Below are positions 1-11,577 of a stretch of 64,000 bases of DNA, one piece after another. Below the pieces are notes generated by a model. That model made no database searches. It saw only the letters and a list, made by a program, of their open reading frames with translations, and was not told the origin of the DNA. Both the position numbers and the translations under genes were made by a program. The DNA lies in the NCBI GenBank assembly GCA_047967505.1, contig CM106538.1; one strand, written 5' to 3'. The first letter of the stretch is position 1. The number at the start of each line of letters is the position of its first letter. Origin of the DNA: Dipteris shenzhenensis (Eukaryota).

Positions 1-49
1 AAGAAAACCGACTTGTAAAAAATGATTCATAATTAAAATCTGTACTTAC

Positions 50-556
50 ATCCCAATTCTGACGATCTGGATGTCCTTTTGCAAGCCCTTGTTGTGCTTT
101 TTTGGGTATGTTAAAGAGAATCCATTGTCCCCTCACCTGCTTAAGTATATCAATGTATGGAGATTGTCTCAAGATATTTTGAGACTCCAGGTTTGCCATC
201 TTTGATATCTCCACACAAAAGCGTGCAGGACAATTCACTACAATCCTCACTAGCGGATGCGGTAGTAGTTCTTTCTTTGGGCTGTGCTGTTATCATCATT
301 AGATGTGAATATTTTAGCAGCATATATTGAATGTTGTCCAGATAGTATCCAGTAGTGGCACTTGGTTAAATCCTTTTTATCTACCCTTTCCAGGGGCTGC
401 TTTGTTTCAGGATTGAAAGGCATTAAATCCGCTACAGCAATAGGAGGCCTAGAGTTATAACCGAAGTCTGCAGCAAGCTTCTCCACATGCTCTTTGTTCA
501 ACCCTCTATATACATAGCTTGGAGGAGCTTTTTGACATCTTGCAACTGGAATTGAA
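50..556 (-). pseudogene. 3' part of a ParB/Srx-fold-like gene, split by an LTR element and frameshifted near 250
   Basis: RGLNKEHVEKL...YWILSGQHSIYAAK resembles the ParB-N 'GxHR' motif region; joins in frame to the ORF beyond 3189 when 557-3188 plus one TSD is removed; GT donor near 49. Confidence 0.55.
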
Positions 557-845
557 TGTTGGGATATCTCAAGGTGTATGCCTCAGGCACACCTTATGTT
601 TCTATGTGTGAATGCTAGAGGCACAGTTAGGTGCCCACAAGCACAGTTAGGTGGTGGAAAAGCCACATAGGATGATTGAGTGAATCTAGGAGCAGATTGA
701 GGAGATGATTCTGGAGCTTTGAGGTCATCAGTGATGTCAGTGACCTTGTATGAGGTGCCTACTTAAGGACCTCTTTCTTCTTCATTCTATATGCAAGTAT
801 TCTGATTTTGTGTCCACTCTACTCTTTCCTTTCAGTGTTCCAACA
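557..845 (+). repeat. 5' LTR of copy 1
   Basis: TGTTGG...CCAACA; near-identical to 2908-3188 (about 2 substitutions and one 8-bp indel seen). Confidence 0.95.
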
Positions 846-857
846 TGGTATCAGAGC
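846..857 (+). promoter_or_regulatory. Primer-binding site (tRNA-iMet)
   Basis: TGGTATCAGAGC immediately after the 5' LTR. Confidence 0.9.
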
Positions 858-1700
858 CATTTGATCCCCCTTGAGCCCATTTTTGCCACATCATCATCTT
901 CTTCCTCTTCTTCTTCTTCACCATCTCTCCCTCTTCTTCCAAAAATTTGCTTGAGCTTGTTCTCCTCTGATTCTCACCCATTTCCCACGCCCTTCTACTG
1001 GAGATCCCTCTTGTTGGGGCGAGTTTACGGCTGCAAGCAATTGAAGAATAATACGCGCTGCTGGTCGCCATTGCACGAAAATCATCGATTCTTCTTCCTG
1101 TGATTTCTCTGCGCCTGCTTCGTCTTTGTCTAATTCCTTCCAGGGCAAGCTTCTCCATACCTAGAGCTACCTTGTGCTGAAATCTGAGTAGCAATGGCTG
1201 CATATTGAAGGAGAAAACAGAGAAAAACCAGTCGACTTTGTTCAAGAAGGTGAAGGCGACCTGACGCATATTTTCGCCTCTTCTTCCCAGAGGATCTACT
1301 GTGGTATACCAGCTTTCTTTTGCCTCATAAATCCCCCTTTCTTTTGATTTGAAGAGTGTGATATGAGCCCTCCAAGTTCAGCTCTCTAGTTTTGACAGTT
1401 TTGACATACTTTTGAAAATGATGCTACATAAAATGCTACTCTAGCATTTCTGGTCTTTTGAAGTTTTCAATAACTTCACTACAAGTGTTGCTTCAGTTTT
1501 GTTTTGACTTGCTAGACCTGGTTGTGATTGGAAAGTGTTTATTTCATCCACTTCTATGAAGCATGCAAAAAGTAGCATCATTGTTTGAAAACTAGTCACT
1601 ACTATTTGCTACATCAAGTGCTCATACTTTGGAAGCATTTCAATTATTTTTGCCTTGTAAGAGAGATAGACACTGCCCAATATCTGGGTTAGACCCTCTC

Positions 1701-2531
1701 ATGGCTACCTTATATAATCTTGAGAAGTTCAATGGAAAGGGCTTCCATACATGGCAAATGAAGGTAAAATTTGCATTGATGCGGGAGAACTTATGGGGAC
1801 TTGTCAAACCTACTCCTACCGCTTCTTCTACGGCCTCAAATGCTAGACAATCTTCAACTCCGACACGACCGGCAAGGGATCCAGCAAGAGAAGAAAAAGC
1901 ATATGGTCTAATTGCTTTAGCTTTGGGTGATGATTACATACATCATATATCTGACTTGGAGTCTCCATCGGAAGCATGGCAGAAGCTAGACTTGATTTTT
2001 GGTGCAAGCTCTCACATATCTAAACTATCACTTAAAATCTCTTTCTTTGAATTAAAGATGGCAAGTGATACTACTTTAGCTGCTCATGTCAACTATATGT
2101 GGAGTCTTATGACTCAGTTAGCTTCTATCAACTCTCCTATCACCCCTGATGATGCTATGGCAGTGCTACTTAAGAGTATGCCTGAAAGTTTTGATCACAT
2201 TGTTAGCACTTTGAAGAATCTTCCCAATCCAAACCTTGAAGGCATTATCTCAGCTCTCCAAGAAGAAGAAAGACATATGGAGTTAAGAAAAGGCAATGAC
2301 ACTGCTTATGTTATGAAATTCCAGAAGGGCAAGTATTCTCCTTGCAATCACTGTGGAAAGACAAATCACCTTTCAAAGGACTGCTTCAAAGTTAATCCAT
2401 GCAAGCACTGTGGCAAAAACAACCATAGTGATAAGTTTTGCAGAGCCAAAGCAAAGACAGAAAATGCAAATCTACTTACAGTTAATGAGCCTCCACAAGA
2501 TGAGGCATCCTTTGAAGATTATGTATTTTAA
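1701..2531 (+). CDS. gag: Copia-type Gag with two CCHC zinc knuckles
   Basis: KFNGKGFHTWQMKV N-terminus, LLKSMPESFD, CNHCGKTNHLSKDC and CKHCGKNNHSDKFC; open to stop at 2531. Confidence 0.9.
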   Translation: MATLYNLEKFNGKGFHTWQMKVKFALMRENLWGLVKPTPTASSTASNARQSSTPTRPARDPAREEKAYGLIALALGDDYIHHISDLESPSEAWQKLDLIFGASSHISKLSLKISFFELKMASDTTLAAHVNYMWSLMTQLASINSPITPDDAMAVLLKSMPESFDHIVSTLKNLPNPNLEGIISALQEEERHMELRKGNDTAYVMKFQKGKYSPCNHCGKTNHLSKDCFKVNPCKHCGKNNHSDKFCRAKAKTENANLLTVNEPPQDEASFEDYVF

Positions 2532-2907
2532 ACACATCTCTATGTATGCTCCAGATCTCTCTTTTTATGTCAAGGTACTCAGCCTGGATAGTCCTCCAAA
2601 ATGAATTAAAATAAACTATTGTGTTTTGTGTGTTTTGTAAACACCTCTGGTCACCTTATGATGTAGGCCATGTGTATGTTTTGCTCCATGGTACCTCCTG
2701 CAGACATTGTGTGCATGTACATGCAGGGGAGATAACCATTGGAAGGTCTTTTATGTATCCCTTTTGTTTACCTTACACCCAAGGAAACCCTTGCTAGCAT
2801 GAGAACCTAGCCATAGATTTATCCTTGACCACCATGAGATGGCATCAGAAACTATGAGACTAGATGTATCCTTGACATAGCCTGAGGCATTTCCTTGAGG
2901 GGGGGTT

Positions 2908-3188
2908 TGTTGGGATATCTCAAGGTGTATGCCTCAGGCACACCTTATGTTTCTATGTGTGAGTGCTAGAGGCACAGTTAGGTGCCCACAAGCACAGTTA
3001 GGTGGTGGAAAAGCCACATAGGATGATTGAGTGAATCTAGGAGCAGATTGAGGAGATGATTGTGGAGCTTTGAGGTCATCAGTGATGTCAGTGACCTTGT
3101 ATGAGGTGCCTACTTAAGGACCTCTTTCTTCTTCATTCTATATGCAAGTATTCTGACCACTCTACTCTTTCCTTTCAGTGTTCCAACA
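2908..3188 (+). repeat. 3' LTR of copy 1 (PPT GAGGGGGGG at ~2897-2905)
   Basis: Direct repeat of 557-845 preceded by a polypurine tract. Confidence 0.95.
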
Positions 3189-3944
3189 TTGAAAATGTTG
3201 CATGCAACCCGAATGGGTAGTATTTTTCATATTCCACCAAGCCTGATGGTTTCTTTTTCCCTTTTTTTCCTATGACCTTTCCACTTGGCTCCAATTCACT
3301 ACCACTGCTTCTTTCCACAACTGCTAGCATACCCTCTGGAGGTGTTCCTTCTTGTGGTACATCAACTATAGTTAGCTTTCCTTTCTTTGCCCCTTCTCCG
3401 CTACCACCTGGTGCTTGAACCATAGTCGATTTTCCTTTCTTTGTTCCTTCCCCACTATCTTCCCCACTCTTACGCTTCTTTAATGTTGCTGAAACTTTGC
3501 GATATGATTCAATGATTGTTGTCACTGTGTGAATTTCATTTCCATCAATTGATTCAACACTTATCCAGCCTCTTGATTGCATGTTGTCATCTACATCAGA
3601 CTTCATACGAGATGCTTCATAATCGCTGGGATCCAAGAGAATCTTATTATTTTGATTTATAATGATCGAAACAATCCAATATCTCCCTCTTTTCCAACCA
3701 CATCTTCAATGATTTGATGTACCGATCCAACACAAGTGTATGCACTTTTATTAGGTAACAAAACAAATAAGTGAACTCGTGTCAACTGTGCTCCCTCAAT
3801 ACTATATATGTCAAAGTACCAAGGTATGCTTTTTTCTGCAAATCCACTTACAACTTTCTCAACCTTCTTCACATTTGTGTCTTTCCTGTAAAAAACCCAA
3901 GCAATATACAAACTATCATCTTTATAATCTTTAATGTTAGACAA
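3189..3944 (-). pseudogene. 5' part of the ParB-like cargo gene
   Basis: ORFs 3657-3944 and 3175-3636; ...YYPFGLHATFS continues as IPVARCQKAPP... across the reconstructed empty site. Confidence 0.5.
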
Positions 3945-4028
3945 AACACATTATCGATAAACATATCTGGAATAGAATCTAGAATTGACACTAGACATAG
4001 TAGTAGATTTGAGAAAGCACTAGATTCT

Positions 4029-5455
4029 AGGGAGATTTGGTCGCACTAGGGAGATTTGGCCGTGCGGCCAAATCTTATGGGCTTCTTTTAAAGAACTGGA
4101 AGGGGAAGTTTGGATGTGTGTCCAAATCATATGGGATTCTTTCAAAGCACCAAAGTTTGGGGAGATTTGGCCTTGTGGCCAAATCTTGTGGGCTTCTTTC
4201 AAAGCACTAGGGTCTGGAGAGATTTGGCTGTGCAACCAAATCTTGCTAGCTTCTTTCAAATCAGTCAATCTTTCTAGCTTCTTTTAAATCACTTGGGTTT
4301 AGCGAGATTTGGCCATGCAGCCAAATCTTGCTAGCTTCTTTCTAATCACGAGGGTCTATGGAGATTTGGCCGTGCGGCTAAATCTTTTCAAAGCACCAGG
4401 GTTTGGGGAGATTTGTGTGCGGTCAAATCTTGGTAGCTTCTTTCTAATCACAAGGGTCTATGGAGATTTGGCCATGCGGCCAAATCTTTTCAAAGCACCA
4501 GGTTTAGGGAGATTTGGCCGTGCAGCCAAATCTTTTCAAAGCACTAGGTTTAGGGAGATTTGGCCGTGCAGCCAAATCTTGCTAGCTTCTTTCTAATCAC
4601 GAGGGTCTATGGAGATTTGGCCATGTAGCCAAATCTTTTCAAAGCACCAAGGTTTGGGAAGATTTGTGTGCAGTCAAATCATGCTAGCTTCTTTCTAATC
4701 ATAAGGGTCTATGGAGATTTGGCCGTGTGGCCAATTCTTTTCAAAGCACCAGGTTTAGGGAGATTTGGCCGTGCAGCCAAATCTTTTCAAAGCACCACGT
4801 TTGGGGAGATTTGGATGTGCAGCCAAATCTTTTCAAAGCACCAGGTTTGGGGAGATTTGGCCGTGCAGCAAAATCTTTTTAAAGCACCAAGTTTGGGGAG
4901 ATTTGGCCGTGCAGCAAAATCTTTTCAAAGCACCAGGTTTGGGGAGATTTGGCTACGATGCGAAATCTTTCTAGCTTTTTATAAGTCACGAGGGTTTAGG
5001 GAGATTTGACTGTGCAGCCAAATCTTGCTAGATTCTTTCTAATCACAAGGGTCTAGGGAGATTTGGCCGTGCGGCCAAATCTTTTCAAAGCAGCAAGATT
5101 TGGGGAGATTTGGTTGTGATGCCAAATCTTTCTAGCTTCTTTTAAATCACCTCGGTCTAAGGAGATTTGTCCATGCAGCCAAATCTTGCTAGCTTCTTTC
5201 TAATCATGAGGGTCTAGGGAGATTTGGCCATGTGGCCAAATCTTGCTATCTTCTTTCTAATCACGAGTGTCGAGGAAGATTTGGTTGTGTGGCCAAATCT
5301 TTTCAAAGCAACAAGGTTTAGGAAGATTTAGTTGTGATGCCAAATCTTTATAGCTTCTTTGAAATCACCAAGGTCTAGGGAGATTTGGCTATACGGCCAA
5401 ATCTTGTATGTTTTGAAAGAAGCTAGAAGATTTGGCCGCATGGCCAAATCTCCCC
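4029..5455. repeat. Palindromic minisatellite, about 28 units of ~46 and ~57 bp
   Basis: Each unit contains AGATTTGGCCG-TG-CGGCCAAATCT or a variant, with two recurring linker types; last unit inverted. Confidence 0.95.
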
Positions 5456-5765
5456 ATTTAAAATTTAAAATTCAAATCTTAAGATTCAAATTTCAAATCT
5501 AAAAAATTCAAAATCTTAGATTCAAAATTCAAAATCTTAGATACAGAATTCAAATTTCAAATTTGAAGATATGAAAGTCAAATCATATACTAAAGACCCT
5601 ACTTTCAAATCACACTTCGAGATTCCTACTTTTACAAGACTCTTTCTTTCAAATCGTGGTGTTCCGAAATGGAGAAAATGGAGAACATGCATGAATTAGG
5701 TACACTTTCGATTTCTTTCATTTTCTTACTTGGACGATTGAGTAGCCATTGTTGTTTGTGAGCTT

Positions 5766-6050
5766 GTGCTCTTTGGATTTCAAGCAATCGTAGGAGCTGT
5801 AGAGAGAGTAGCTATAGCATCAAGAAACAAGATTTGGATGTGCAATAAAGGTGATCCTCCACGTTGGGAATCTGTTGATGCTATTGTATGGTCATGGGTT
5901 CCAAAATGTAACCTCTCAAAGAAGGTTTCCTCGAAGAGCAGCAACCTCCCCATCAAGGTGAAGATACCAACCATTGCACACAAGCGAGCTTTATCCAATT
6001 TGTCTCATAGAACAGATTCTGACTCTGATGCTGACTCCACAATGGAGTGA
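5766..6050 (+). pseudogene. Fragment resembling the C-terminal tail of the DUF7869-type transposase
   Basis: WMCNKGDPPRWESVDAIVWSW...KVKIP...acidic tail parallels WVPNNEGLTEVEVSSIIHCW...CITIP...acidic tail of 28861-30087. Confidence 0.4.
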
Positions 6051-6627
6051 AGGTACTTGAAAAGCATGAATTTTTTTTCCTTGCACAACAATAATTTAAT
6101 TGAATACTAACAAATATTTGGAAGGTATGACATTGATCTTTTTTCTTTATCTTTTTTTTTGCAGACCATTGCTTTGTGGTTGCAAGTTCTGCACACTCGA
6201 CAAAATATCAAGGACTAGTGTTGCATTCTTACTTTTTCTCCAACTAAACTAAAATGGTGTTTTTGAACACCACTTTTTTTCGAGAAGAGGCAAAAAATGC
6301 TTCGTTAAACTCAAACATATGATTTTTTTTTCTCAGCTAATGCAGAACAGGCACACTCCAAATTGTGAGTTTCATATACACAGCCAAATCCAGGGAGAAA
6401 GTCAATGGAGTGCACTCAATGCATTGTAATTGTAACCCCTCAAAAAATACCATGCATTGGTCGCTCATTGGTCGAAACCTCAACATTTGACATTTTATTT
6501 ATGTTGATGCAAACCATGCACATTTGCGAGATGTGGATGGACTGCCAAATCTATGGGAAAAATTATCAATGAAAAACATTGAATGTTACATAATTACAAC
6601 CCCTCAAAAGTTCCCAAATTATCAAGA

Positions 6628-6652
6628 TTTTCCCAAATTCTCTAATATGGTG
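6628..6652 (-). repeat. Putative right terminal inverted repeat of a large DNA transposon
   Basis: Reverse complement CACCATATTAGAGAATTTGGGAAAA matches 18959-18983 at 22/25; abuts Gypsy RT sequence. Confidence 0.65.
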
Positions 6653-6893
6653 TTCATTTGGCTCAGACAAAAGTAGTCTTATTGGGGCATATTGTGTCTG
6701 AAGAAGGCCTACAAATGGATCCTGACAAGGTTCAAGCAATCATGGCATTGCCAAGTCCTGAGAGTGTCACTGGTGTTCACAGAATTTTAGGAAAGAGCAA
6801 GTATTATCAACGCTTTTGTCATGATTTCACAGAGATAGTGCATCCCATGAACTTGTTGATAAGAAAAGGAGTTTCTTTCCAATGGGGTGTGGA

Positions 6894-7078
6894 CCCGGGG
6901 GGCCCACTAGGGTTTATCATATGGTACCACGTGAGTGTAAGGGAGGGGGGTTATATAAGGGAAGGAAGGTACATTTTATAAGGTAAGGTCCCATAAATAG
7001 GGGGTAGATAGGGGGAATTTTCATATATTTATTGCACGCAACTGACGTCTCCTTATTACTACTAGTGAATCCCCCGTG
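6894..7078. mobile_element. 185-bp MITE with 8-bp TSD (hAT- or P-like)
   Basis: TSD GGTGTGGA at 6886-6893 and 7079-7086; imperfect TIR CCCGGGGGGCCCACTAG / CACGGGGGATTCACTAG; removal restores the FQWGVEQQ frame. Confidence 0.85.
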
Positions 7079-8094
7079 GGTGTGGAGCAACAAGATTCTT
7101 TTCAGCAACTTAAGGAGGCCATGAGTAAGGGCCCAATATTGAAGCCCCCTGATTGGTCTCAAGACTTTTATGTAAATCCAAGTGTATCTTTGCATTCAGT
7201 TGGTACTGTATTGCTACAAAAAGGAGAGGTAGGTAGAATGCAACCCATCTATTATGCTAACCAATAGCTTATAGAGGTGGAAACAAGGTATGAAGAAATG
7301 GAGCAGCAAGCTCTCTCTTTGGCGTTTTTAGTTAGAAATTTTTGCTCCTATTTATTACCTGGACCATCTTTCTTCCTTACCTCTTAGTCTGTAACAGCTC
7401 TTGTTTTGTATTTTGATAGGGCTTTTAGTCCTTCATGCCAAAAAGGAGCCATGGGGATAGTCTTGATGAATTGTGAAGGTCAAGAGGTATGGGCAAGAGG
7501 ACAAGAGCGTCCAAGTATCACAAGTAACAATGCAGCTGAGTATAATGCTTTGATTCTTGGTTTGGAGGGTTGTCTTCAAAGTCAAGTTAAAGAATTGGAA
7601 GTAAGAGGAGATTGTAAAGCAAATGCAAGGGCATTACAAGACAAGAAGTCCTCATTTGAAGGAGCTTAATCAAAAGGCTATGGCACTATGCAGTTAGTTT
7701 GATTTTTGCAAGTTTGTTCATATAAACAGAAAAGAAAACCAAAGGGCAAAGGAGTTAGCTACTCAAGCCATTGTAGTACAAGACTGACAAGTGGTTTCTT
7801 GGGTAGACAATGGATGGCCAGAACTACAAGATGTTCAGTAAAATGTGAAAGAAGGCATGTTTCCTCGAGGGTTAACCCCACAACAGAAGCAGAGATTGGT
7901 TACTTTTGGCCATGCCTCCATAAGGATGTATATGAATGTCACCAATGGAACCTATCAGCTTGAGGATGTTGATGGCATGGTGATACCTAGATGCACCAAT
8001 AACTATCGCCCTAAATTATTCCATGTTCAACCGCCTTAAGGTCTAGTAGACCCTCTCTGTCACTAGAGAGGATCTACTGGGGGGGGGAAAGATG

Positions 8095-9250
8095 TGACAC
8101 CAAAAATTGATATTTTTAATTTGGCATTGGTATTGTTTTTCTCTATGTTTGATAAGAGTTTAAGTATCAAGTGATAGCCTAGCATCTCTCACTTATTTCT
8201 ATTTTCTAAGATATTGTATGGGATTGAGAGGATGAGTGGAATGGATCATTGTAAATACCATAGGTATGAATTATAAATACCTTGGTATGGGGTGAGAGTT
8301 ATTTGTGTATGGGATATTATGGGGTTTTCAAAAAATAGGAAGAGTGAGTCATATAAAGAGGTGGGCTCATGTCCATGTGTTCTAATAATATAAAAGAGGC
8401 CACATGCCAAGCGTGTGGAAGGCATGTGGAGGAGTGTGGAGTCAAGAGGAATCCTTCTAGAATTCCCATGTGGAATAAGGAGGATGTGGACATATGGAAA
8501 AGAGAGGGTCCCTATGGGCTCCATATGGGGAGACTCTTGACTTTCTCAATATTTTAAGAGTCTTGAGCATTTTTTGATGGGACAAATGGCGAGAGTAGCC
8601 AAAAAGGACATGGATGGTGACATACATGCTTATGTGATTGATGGGGAAGAGAATCTATAGGTAGCAATTGTAAATGGGTGAAGGAGGGTGATAAAATCTC
8701 TATAAAAGGAGCCCTCCTCTCCCTTGTTCATCATCTCTTCTACCATTAGACCTCATGTTACTGTAGCTCTAGTCTCCTCAAGCCTCTTCCATGAGCCTTC
8801 TCTCCCTCTTGTAGATATTCTCTTATGTAGACTCTTGAGTCCATCTCTCTCTAGTTTATTCTCTCTCTATGAGTAGTCTTGGAGCTTCCGCTCCCTCTTG
8901 TATGTATGAAACCTCTTCTTCTCCCTTGTGTTTGTAGTTTTTTGAGTGTATTTGAATGGAGTCTTATTATCATGGCAATGAAAGTCACTTTTTATCATTT
9001 TCCTTGAGTCTCCATTCCTATGTTCTTTTCTCTCTCTATTCAAGTCTCTAAAGTAGTCCTTGTTCGGCCGCTCACTATGCGCACATGGTCCATCCGTTTC
9101 CTAAGCCACCATGAAAGCTTCTTTTTCCCTTTTAGGCGAATTCTAGGGGTATTGGATCGTTGATAATTGTGTAGCCTTGAGGGAGTAGTTTACTTAGGCG
9201 AAATCTGCATGGGCAGATGGCAGTTAATATAGTAGTTAGACCCCTTGTCA
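8095..9250 (+). repeat. Probable 3' LTR of the Gypsy remnant
   Basis: Follows the PPT; TGACA...TGTCA ends; TATAAAAG at ~8701 followed by CT-rich sequence. Confidence 0.65.
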
Positions 9251-9599
9251 GTATTTGGCCTATAACTTTCTCCTCAATGGTCGGGATGGAGCATTAATAA
9301 AAGTGGGGATGTGGCTATTTTGGCAAGAGTGGTGTCTAGAGAGAAATACCCAATAAATGATAAACCACAAGAGGGCAAAAACTTGACCCTAACAACACAT
9401 TAGGAGCACATTAAAAAGCCTTAACAACCACTAAACCAAAACTTAAAGTGGTCAAGTTGACCAAATGAACTGAAAGAAGTGGATGGGCTTGATTAGCAAA
9501 AAACTCATCTGTCCATCCCTTAGGACCCTTGTAGGGCTAAAAAAGCAAAAAAAAAGGAATGTGTGGAGGAAGACTCCAAGAGATAAATGGGAGATAAAG

Positions 9600-9600
<1 letters not shown>

Positions 9601-9636
<36 letters not shown>

Positions 9637-9647
9637 GGAGAGAGAGA
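9601..9647. repeat. (GA)n microsatellite
   Basis: Direct observation. Confidence 0.9.
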
Positions 9648-10408
9648 ACCACTTTAAAGTGTGCATTCAAGTCCAATGAAGAAGAGTCAACATATTGTCC
9701 AATAAGAAAAATGCATTTCCAAAAATTCTAAAAATGCCTAATTTCTACTTTGCCCAATTTGAATGTTACCATAGGGCAAGGGAAAAAATATGTTTAAAAA
9801 AAAGGGATTTGAATGTGGCAATTTCCAATCTAAAATCCAAAATTTCAAAATCCAAAGTCCAAATTTTCAAGATTGATGTGATAATTGAGCGTGCAGAACT
9901 ATTAGTGAGACCGGCGTTGACAACTTTAGCACGAGTCGTGACTTTACCAGATTTACCTCAACAATCAATCGTGATTCGTGACTTTACCCAAATCAATCAC
10001 CTTCGGAGTTCGACTATTCTACTGCACTTTTGACAAATCGTAAATTAGTGAGAGGTTTTCGTTTGCCATCTCTTTCTTCCCAAGAAATCAAGGCGCCCCC
10101 TTGCAGTATTTATCCGATTTGAATACTTCGTATCCTCCCACAAATGCGTCTTAATTTACCCTCAAACAATGTAGACTAGTCCAAATGAAAATGCCAGACA
10201 ATTTCTAGTCAAGCTCAGCTGCTTCCAATTCAATTCTCATAGAAAGAGCTAGAGGCTGCAACCTGCAAATTCTTGATGCCTGACACTAGATTTGAGCTGT
10301 TGTCACGACTAGACTCCATTATTGCAACTTTGCAATGCATACAAATATCTTACGTCTATCTTCATCGGCCCATTAACGAGGAAGCAAGGCGTCCTACAGT
10401 AAATACGC

Positions 10409-11078
10409 ATGGAACAGAAGCAGGCTTTCCCGTCGACTCGTCAAGGCCAGATTTTACAGCGTCAGTCGCCAGCAAGAAAGCAAAATACTTCTTTGTACCG
10501 TGGGGTGCGTAAGCGTGCTTGGGGTAAGTGGGTATCTGAGATTCGTGTGCCCCGCACTAGATCTCGATTATGGTTGGGTTCTTATTTCACACCGGAAGCA
10601 GCGCGCTTTCGATACTGCTCTGCTATACCTCCGAGGACCGTCTGCACGGCTCAATTTTCCCCATTTACCCCCACAAACTGCATTCCATTCGGAACAGCTG
10701 TCGGCCCAGTTTGTACAAAGAGCTGCAATATGTGAAGGTAGATCTTACGATAGGATTTTCAGCAAACTCAGCGATACTACAGCAAGCACTGCTTCGAGCT
10801 CTGTCGTCAATTCAGCTGGCTCTGCAGCTTCTTGCTGTGTTCTCCATGAGGACAAAGATATGTTCAACGCTGGAAACTTTACTGGGCTCAGCACGAATTC
10901 AGTTCGTACTGCTTCCGGCTGTAGTACCAATTCATCTGGCATGCAACCCGCTTCTAGCTGTGTCCTCGACTACGATAAACTTAGTTTTAAGCCTGGGGAC
11001 TTCGCTGGGCTGGATGAGGCATTAGAGCAAATGTGTCCTAGCGCTAATATCCAACTTCAACGTACAAATCATCTATGA
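10409..11078 (+). pseudogene. AP2/ERF (DREB-like) transcription factor with a frameshift inside the AP2 domain
   Basis: [37 protein letters not shown] in one frame and [19 protein letters not shown] in another; shift at ~10600-10607. Confidence 0.85.
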
Positions 11079-11577
11079 ATCAGCATGGCATTATGCGGCT
11101 GGATGCAGCTCATCGTTCTTTGGAGGTGACAAACATTCAACAGCTCATACATTCAGGCAGTGGAAGGATAGGAATCAACATTTCTGTGGGAAGATCGATA
11201 TATGCTACCACATGTATTGTTGAGTATTTCTCCTCTTATGCAACTACAAAAACGCATGAGAACTTTGTCTTCGCATCATGTGTTCTGAGCTCTTCGGCAC
11301 TGCTCCCAAGTGTATTGAGATGGAATAATTTTCTCTTTTTGGTCCTGCAACGGTCCTAAGGGATGACTTGGTTAGTGAGTTGCTTATCATATCAGGCCCA
11401 TAGTTTTGAAGTTAGTTCATTTGGTCAATTTGACCTTGCAAATTATGGTTAGTATGAGGCTTAAATGTGGGTTAGTAGAAGTTTAAGGGCTTCTAATGTG
11501 TTTTGGGTTTAAGATTTTTGTTTCCTTGTAGAGCTTCCAAATGTTTTTTTGTCTTTTATCCTAAAGCTTTTGCCTTT

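Larger units (their letters stand above)
557..3188 (+). mobile_element. Non-autonomous gag-only LTR retroelement (TR-GAG type, Copia-like gag), copy 1
   Basis: LTRs 557-845 and 2908-3188 (TG...CA), PBS TGGTATCAGAGC, PPT, 5-bp TSD TTGAA at 552-556 and 3189-3193; no pol. Confidence 0.95.
6653..9250 (+). mobile_element. Degenerate Ty3/Gypsy 3' half: RT end, RNase H, additional archaeal-type RNase H, integrase tail, PPT, LTR
   Basis: LLGHIVSEEGLQMDPDKVQAI, FQWGVEQQDSFQQLK, YFD...TSNNAAEYNALILGLE, NGTYQLEDVDG; G-rich PPT at ~8079-8092. Confidence 0.85.

Noticed and set aside
832-1269. Antisense ORF in the TR-GAG leader
   Set aside because: Derived from a CTT-rich leader, not conserved as an ORF in copy 2, runs into the LTR
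4029-5455. CRISPR array
   Set aside because: Sequences between the palindromes are recurring linkers rather than unique spacers; no cas genes; eukaryotic context
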